From: an uncultured archaeon
Lineage (GTDB): Archaea > Asgardarchaeota > Heimdallarchaeia > Heimdallarchaeales > Heimdallarchaeaceae
DNA length: 64,000 nucleotides
Assembly: GCA_964534625.1 (NCBI GenBank)
Contig: CAZHRF010000006.1
Span: forward strand, 1-64,000
Direction: 5' to 3'
Made by a program: the position numbers and the translations under genes. The first letter of the stretch is position 1. Each line of letters starts with the position of its first letter. Below, piece by piece: positions 59,044 to 64,000 of this stretch. Under the pieces are notes generated by a model. It was not told where the DNA came from and did not search any database. It saw only the letters and a list, made by a program, of their open reading frames with translations.

Positions 59044-60297
59044 ATGAATTATAAAGTTAAAGATATTACCCTTGCTGATCAAGGTCGTAATAAAATCGAC
59101 TGGGCTGAATCTCGTATGCCTGTTATGATGGCTTTACGCGAGAAGTTTTCTAAAACCCAACCTCTGAAAGGTATGAAGGTTGCTGGTTGTTTACATGTTA
59201 CTAAGGAGACTGCTGTTTTAGTTGAAACCATTCGTATTTGTGGTGCTGAAGTTGCTTGGTGTGGTTGTAATCCTCTTTCTACTAAGGATGATATCGCTGC
59301 CGCTTTAGCTTCTAATGATACCCCCATTTATGCTTGGTATGGTATGTCTACTGAAGAATTTTATTGGGCTATTGAACAAGTTCTTAAGATTAAACCCAAC
59401 CTTACTTTAGATGATGGTGCTGATCTTATTTTTACTGTGCATTCCAAGCATGAAGAATTAGCTGATTCCATTATTGGCGGTACAGAGGAAACCACTACAG
59501 GCGTTCATCGCTTACGTGCGATGGAACGTGCTTCTAAACTTCTTTATCCTATTGTTGCCGTTAATGATGCTGAAACCAAATGGGATTTTGATAATGTTTA
59601 TGGAACTGGTCAATCTACTATTGATGGTATTCTCCGTGCTACTAACATTTTCATTGCAGGTAAGACTTTTGTTGTTGCTGGTTATGGTCATTGCGGTAAA
59701 GGTGTTGCAAAACGTGCTTCTGGTTTAGGAGCGGATGTTATTGTTACCGAAGTTAATCCCATTCAAGCCCTTAAAGCTACACTTGATGGCTTCCGTGTTC
59801 TTAAAATGGATGATGCTTCTTCTCTTGGCGATATTTTTGTTACCGCCACTGGTATGAAAGATATTATTGTTAAACGACATTTCAATAATATGAAAGATGG
59901 AGCCATTGTCTGTAACACTGGTCATTATGATGTTGAGATCAACATTCCCCATTTAGAAGAACTTTCAACACAAAAACGAGAGATTCGTACCAATTGCGAT
60001 CAATATGTTCTACCTACTGGCAATCGTGTTTATTTGCTTGCTAAAGGGCGACTAGTTAATCTTTCTGCTGCTGAAGGCCATCCTTCTGAAGTTATGGATA
60101 TGTCATTTGCCAATCAATTATTAAGTCTGATTAATCTAGCCCAGTCCGGGCATGTACTTCAAAATAAGGTTTATGATGTCCCAACTGAACAAGATGCTGA
60201 AGTTGCTTCACTCAAACTTTCTTTAATGGGGCATCAAATCGACAAACTTACTCCTGAACAAGAGCAGTATCGCGATGCGTTTTATGAAGGCACATAA
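59044..60297 (+). CDS. ahcY: S-adenosylhomocysteine hydrolase
   Basis: GCLHVT, NPLST, DDGADL, EETTTG, FDNVYG, GYGHCGKG, GRLVNL..AEGHP. Confidence 0.97.
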   Translation: MNYKVKDITLADQGRNKIDWAESRMPVMMALREKFSKTQPLKGMKVAGCLHVTKETAVLVETIRICGAEVAWCGCNPLSTKDDIAAALASNDTPIYAWYGMSTEEFYWAIEQVLKIKPNLTLDDGADLIFTVHSKHEELADSIIGGTEETTTGVHRLRAMERASKLLYPIVAVNDAETKWDFDNVYGTGQSTIDGILRATNIFIAGKTFVVAGYGHCGKGVAKRASGLGADVIVTEVNPIQALKATLDGFRVLKMDDASSLGDIFVTATGMKDIIVKRHFNNMKDGAIVCNTGHYDVEINIPHLEELSTQKREIRTNCDQYVLPTGNRVYLLAKGRLVNLSAAEGHPSEVMDMSFANQLLSLINLAQSGHVLQNKVYDVPTEQDAEVASLKLSLMGHQIDKLTPEQEQYRDAFYEGT

Positions 60298-60402
60298 ATT
60301 TTCTTTATTCTTGCTTTTTTACTTCTTTTAGAATTTTTCAGCACAAGATTTTTAGACTAGTATCAGCTTATTTCAGTTATAAGAAACAAGGACTTCCTTA
60401 CA

Positions 60403-61704
60403 ATGATAAAACATATTCTTATACTTACTACATATGGTCAGATATTCTTTTCACAAGAATTTGGCGAAGGAGAAGAAACTGTTGACGTAGCCTTAACTGG
60501 TGGTTTAATGAGTGCCATCTATTCTATGGCTACCGAGACTCAAAGAGAAAAGATTTCTGAATTCGAGATGGTTACTTCGCGTATTATTTTCAAAGAAGAG
60601 AAGAACGATCTTCTTTTTGTTCTCACTGTTGACAAACGAATGGACAACAAAGATGCTGACGACTTGTTGAATATGATTGCTAAGAGATTTTTCAATCGTT
60701 ATGGATATGAATTGCAAATGGATGGCCTTATTCTTTCCGAATTTGAAGAAGATGTAACCCAAGTTATCAATCAAAAACTTTGGTATCTAGAAACAGATAA
60801 AGAGAGATTTAGATGGTATGATCATCTTTCTGTTTTCTGTGTTTCTGCCATTTTATTTTGGTATATTCATCTTCTTTTTAACATCACTGACTTTATATGG
60901 GCGCCATTAATTACCCGTCTACATACCCCGCTTAGTTTCTTACTCTATCTTTTGATGTTAACTGCTAGTATTTCTGGTCCCGGAATTATTCTTTATTGGC
61001 TTTTTAAGAAAACAAAAGTGGACTATATTTTCCGCTTTTCTCGCGAATATCTTATGCGCCCCACTAGGGCTAGTTATTCCGAGCTACTGCCCAATTATTT
61101 CCTTTATACTATCTTCATCTCGTATATCCTATATTTTGCTTTTATGATAGCAGCGAGGGCATATTTCTCTGAGATTACCGCCTTTCGTTTATTCCCTGGT
61201 GGATTGTATGGAGAAAGATATAATCAACCTTTTACTGGGTTTAATTGGGATGTCTCAGACGTGGGTGACCAGTATATTATTGGTTCCTTCACTTGGTTTT
61301 CATGGGTGTTTCTTTTTCCTCTTATTTATTCTTCTATTTTAGGAGAAAAGGATAAACAAAAACGGAGAAATGTCTTCAGAAATGCCATGTTCATTTCATC
61401 TATTGCAATTGCTTTAATCTTTGGATGTCTAGTTGTTGGAGGAACACATTATCAACAAATGGTTGGGTTTAATCCTACCGATTTAGCCAAATATGCGTAT
61501 GAAGCCGAGACTGTAGCACATCAATTTTTAGTTCGGTTTCCTCTTAATATTTTCTTCTATGGTTTTCTTCTCTTTCTAGGCATAGGTATAGCTAGAGTTT
61601 CACCTTCAAAAACCAAAGTTAATTCCCTCATCGGTATTTGGGTATCAATATACTTAACATTGATGTTACAACGACTTTTCTATTCATTCTGGTCTTATGT
61701 TTAA
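60403..61704 (+). CDS. Longin-domain protein fused to a ~7-TM membrane domain
   Basis: N-terminal ~125 aa MIKHILIL..YGQIFFSQEF...LTGGLMSAI.SMA.E...LLFVLTVD...F..F is longin-like; then seven hydrophobic segments. Confidence 0.75.
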   Translation: MIKHILILTTYGQIFFSQEFGEGEETVDVALTGGLMSAIYSMATETQREKISEFEMVTSRIIFKEEKNDLLFVLTVDKRMDNKDADDLLNMIAKRFFNRYGYELQMDGLILSEFEEDVTQVINQKLWYLETDKERFRWYDHLSVFCVSAILFWYIHLLFNITDFIWAPLITRLHTPLSFLLYLLMLTASISGPGIILYWLFKKTKVDYIFRFSREYLMRPTRASYSELLPNYFLYTIFISYILYFAFMIAARAYFSEITAFRLFPGGLYGERYNQPFTGFNWDVSDVGDQYIIGSFTWFSWVFLFPLIYSSILGEKDKQKRRNVFRNAMFISSIAIALIFGCLVVGGTHYQQMVGFNPTDLAKYAYEAETVAHQFLVRFPLNIFFYGFLLFLGIGIARVSPSKTKVNSLIGIWVSIYLTLMLQRLFYSFWSYV

Positions 61705-61806
61705 AAAAAATTCTTTCCTTTTCTTTTCCTTTCTATTTCGCTTTCTTTTAATTAGAAACTTTTAAATTAATTGTATTCCTCAAAGGAATAACAATATCTT
61801 TAGTAT

Positions 61807-62979
61807 GTGAGGTTTATATCTTTGAGTTTAGAATTCATGATCAGGTTCTTTTTCAACAACAAAAAAAGGACATATCAATCTATATTGACTTTATCCTTAG
61901 GTTTAGTAATCTATCTCGCCACAACTATGCTCATTACAGGATATTCTAGTCATATAAGTGGTATGGCTGCAACCATCCAACCCTCACAATATGTACTGAT
62001 TACTGAAAAAGGCAAATCTCTTTCTGATAGTCGACTCTCTTTAGATATGCTCATTTTTTTAGAGGAATATGCAGAAGAAAAACCTAATATCCAGCTTGTT
62101 TTTCCTCAAATATATTTTCCTGTCGTTGTTAGGGGGGAAACAGGCATTGTCAAAGCATCTCATTTACGATTGTTGAATTTCACTTTATTTGAACAAGTTC
62201 GAAACACAGAGTATGAATACGACTTTACTGCACCCAATGAAGGAGAGATAATTGTTGGAAAACTACTATTCAATCAAATTTCCACAGGTGTAGGAGGGAG
62301 ACTTACGCTGATTAACGACGATTTAAACCTAAATGGGAATCTTTCTGTTCTTAATATAGTAACGACACAAGTTGAGCACGATATTGAAATACTTGCCCCC
62401 ATAGACTTATTCAATTTGCTTTCATTTGATTATTATTCCTTAATTGAACTTAAAGTCAAAGATAATAGAGAGATACCAGCAATAAAGAGTCATATTTCAA
62501 ACCATTTTTCTAATGTTTCTATAGAAGATAAAAAACAAACACAAAATTTCATTAAATATGGAACAAGAGAGGTTGTAGAAACAATTACACTCTTGCAATC
62601 ATTATTTTTTGTTTTAATGTTAGTTTCTATCACATATAGCATTTACACGCTAGTCAAAGAAAGTGAACGGGAAATATTCATTCTTCGTTCTATTGGTGCA
62701 ACAACTCGTTATATAATAGCATTATTTGTTGTACAATCGTTGATGATCGGTATAATCGCTGCCCTTATCTCGATTACAATTGGGTATCTTCTTATTACTG
62801 CTATTGTTGCTATCGTTGCTGCAACGACTGCTTTACCTTATATTTCTCTAAGCTTTGGATTTGATTTAATTGGTACAATATTCTTTTTTTCACTTATTGT
62901 CTCTACACTTTCTGGTATTTACCCTTCATTCTTAGCTGCCAAAATTAAAATCGTCAAGGAGGATCTCTCATGGATTTAA
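61807..62979 (+). CDS. FtsX/MacB-like ABC permease
   Basis: TM1, extracellular domain, EREIFILRSIGAT, GIYPSFLAAK. Confidence 0.88.
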   Translation: MRFISLSLEFMIRFFFNNKKRTYQSILTLSLGLVIYLATTMLITGYSSHISGMAATIQPSQYVLITEKGKSLSDSRLSLDMLIFLEEYAEEKPNIQLVFPQIYFPVVVRGETGIVKASHLRLLNFTLFEQVRNTEYEYDFTAPNEGEIIVGKLLFNQISTGVGGRLTLINDDLNLNGNLSVLNIVTTQVEHDIEILAPIDLFNLLSFDYYSLIELKVKDNREIPAIKSHISNHFSNVSIEDKKQTQNFIKYGTREVVETITLLQSLFFVLMLVSITYSIYTLVKESEREIFILRSIGATTRYIIALFVVQSLMIGIIAALISITIGYLLITAIVAIVAATTALPYISLSFGFDLIGTIFFFSLIVSTLSGIYPSFLAAKIKIVKEDLSWI

Positions 62980-64000
62980 CAAAGATATTCCTCTATAATG
63001 TTTTACCTAAAAAAAGGATATTTATAGCCTTCATTGGTTTTTTAATTAGTTCCGTCATTATTACTGGAACCTCCATTTTACTTTCTAGTATGATAGTATC
63101 CTCACAAAGTTATTTTGGTGTTACCGATGATGTAATAGTTATTTCTAATCCAGAGGCCAATACTCCTTTTACAAGTATATTACCTTTAGATCTCATTTCT
63201 GCTATTCAATATGTACCTGGTGTAAAGGTTGTCAGTCCTGAGATTATGACAGCAGCCGTATATAATGATCAAGCAATTTATTATCGGGGAATTGACCCAA
63301 TTACCTTCTGGAACTTCACAGATGTTGAGTACATTAAAGGGACCCCTATCACTCTTGATGATACATATAATGTCAGCGTGGGTGAACGTTTTGCCCAAAG
63401 GAACAATATTGATGTAGGTGACTTTTTTACTATTTATTCAACTCGGGCAGATTCTGCACTCGAGTTAAGGGTAAAATCTATCTTTAAAACGGCTACTTTA
63501 TTAGACGATGAGATCATTGGTCCATTGTGGATCGGTCAGTTCTTATCGTTTGGGAATTTTGATTACATCTCACATATTCGCGTTAAAGTCGATTTAGATA
63601 TAATAAGGAACAAAGAAAAAATTGCTGAAATGGTTAACAGCAAATTTACATTACGAGTAGACTTATCAACTTCAAATAAAACCACAGCCTACAATGCAAC
63701 CCTATATATCAAAACATTTAAGGATACTACTATATTGGAACGAAAGTTCATTAATAATAGAACCATTCAACAGATTTTGCCTTTTAGGATGTACAATTTA
63801 CAAGTAGAGATGAATGAACTAGTCTCAAACACTACAACAATATTAGTCGCAAAAAACGATACAAGGGTTGATCTATTTCTACCTCGTATTGAAAGAAAAA
63901 TAGACTTTAATATCACCACCGACGAAGGGACGCCAATTGAGGGGGCAAAATTAGATATAACACCGATTATGGATAATGTTGAGCGGGAAAATCAGAAATC
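62970..64000 (+). CDS. Second FtsX/MacB-like ABC permease (partial, runs off window; absent from ORF track)
   Basis: AGGAGG SD then ATG 62970: MDLTKIFLYNVLPKKRIFIAFIGFLISSVIITG...VPGVKVVSPE...YRGIDP; MacB-like extracellular core. Confidence 0.8.
   Translation, partial: MDLTKIFLYNVLPKKRIFIAFIGFLISSVIITGTSILLSSMIVSSQSYFGVTDDVIVISNPEANTPFTSILPLDLISAIQYVPGVKVVSPEIMTAAVYNDQAIYYRGIDPITFWNFTDVEYIKGTPITLDDTYNVSVGERFAQRNNIDVGDFFTIYSTRADSALELRVKSIFKTATLLDDEIIGPLWIGQFLSFGNFDYISHIRVKVDLDIIRNKEKIAEMVNSKFTLRVDLSTSNKTTAYNATLYIKTFKDTTILERKFINNRTIQQILPFRMYNLQVEMNELVSNTTTILVAKNDTRVDLFLPRIERKIDFNITTDEGTPIEGAKLDITPIMDNVERENQK

Noticed and set aside
4302-63398. Numerous 60-156 aa ORFs antisense or out of frame to long genes (e.g. 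5554-6024, 27291-27614, 31249-31572, 56268-56588)
   Set aside because: Shadows of well-supported genes with no motifs; expected from codon bias.
1-64000. CRISPR array, rRNA, tRNA, prophage/integrase, Sec/Pyl read-through
   Set aside because: No regularly spaced repeats, cloverleafs, rRNA-like GC-rich tracts, viral hallmark genes or in-frame stop extensions were seen by eye; small RNAs could still be missed without covariance searches.

Overview
AT-rich archaeal chromosomal window. It is most consistent with an Asgard archaeon (Heimdallarchaeia-like). This is an inference from archaeal informational genes (MCM, Hel308, GINS23, NurA/HerA, SmAP, Rpo6, S17e, L44e, RIO2, DRG) occurring together with three eukaryotic-signature proteins: an EAP30/Vps22-36-like ESCRT-II subunit, an Arf-family small GTPase and a longin-domain protein. 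Most of the window is housekeeping and metabolism: pyrG, udp, class II HMG-CoA reductase, two tandem ino1 paralogs, iorAB, sucCD, ahcY and ABC transporters. The most notable observations are: (1) a MoxR AAA+ gene and a vWA gene joined by an A_AAA_AAA site in a ~20 nt overlap window, so a -1 frameshift would give a 637 aa AAA-vWA fusion; (2) a longin domain fused to about seven transmembrane helices; (3) a ~390 bp protein-free IS200/IS605 derivative that keeps both end hairpins and an omega-RNA-like 3' end, has a strongly base-paired interior and sits behind a TATA box, hairpin and (CCCT)5 tract; (4) an MCM carrying three inteins; (5) a strongly diverged NuoJ/K/L/N-like membrane arm with a polyprenyl synthase; (6) a second ino1 paralog with substituted catalytic residues; (7) a PIN-TPR protein next to a KaiC-like ATPase; (8) a kb-scale strand-skew domain that ignores gene orientation. 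No rRNA, tRNA or CRISPR array was recognised. All assignments come from motif recognition by eye; no database searches were run.
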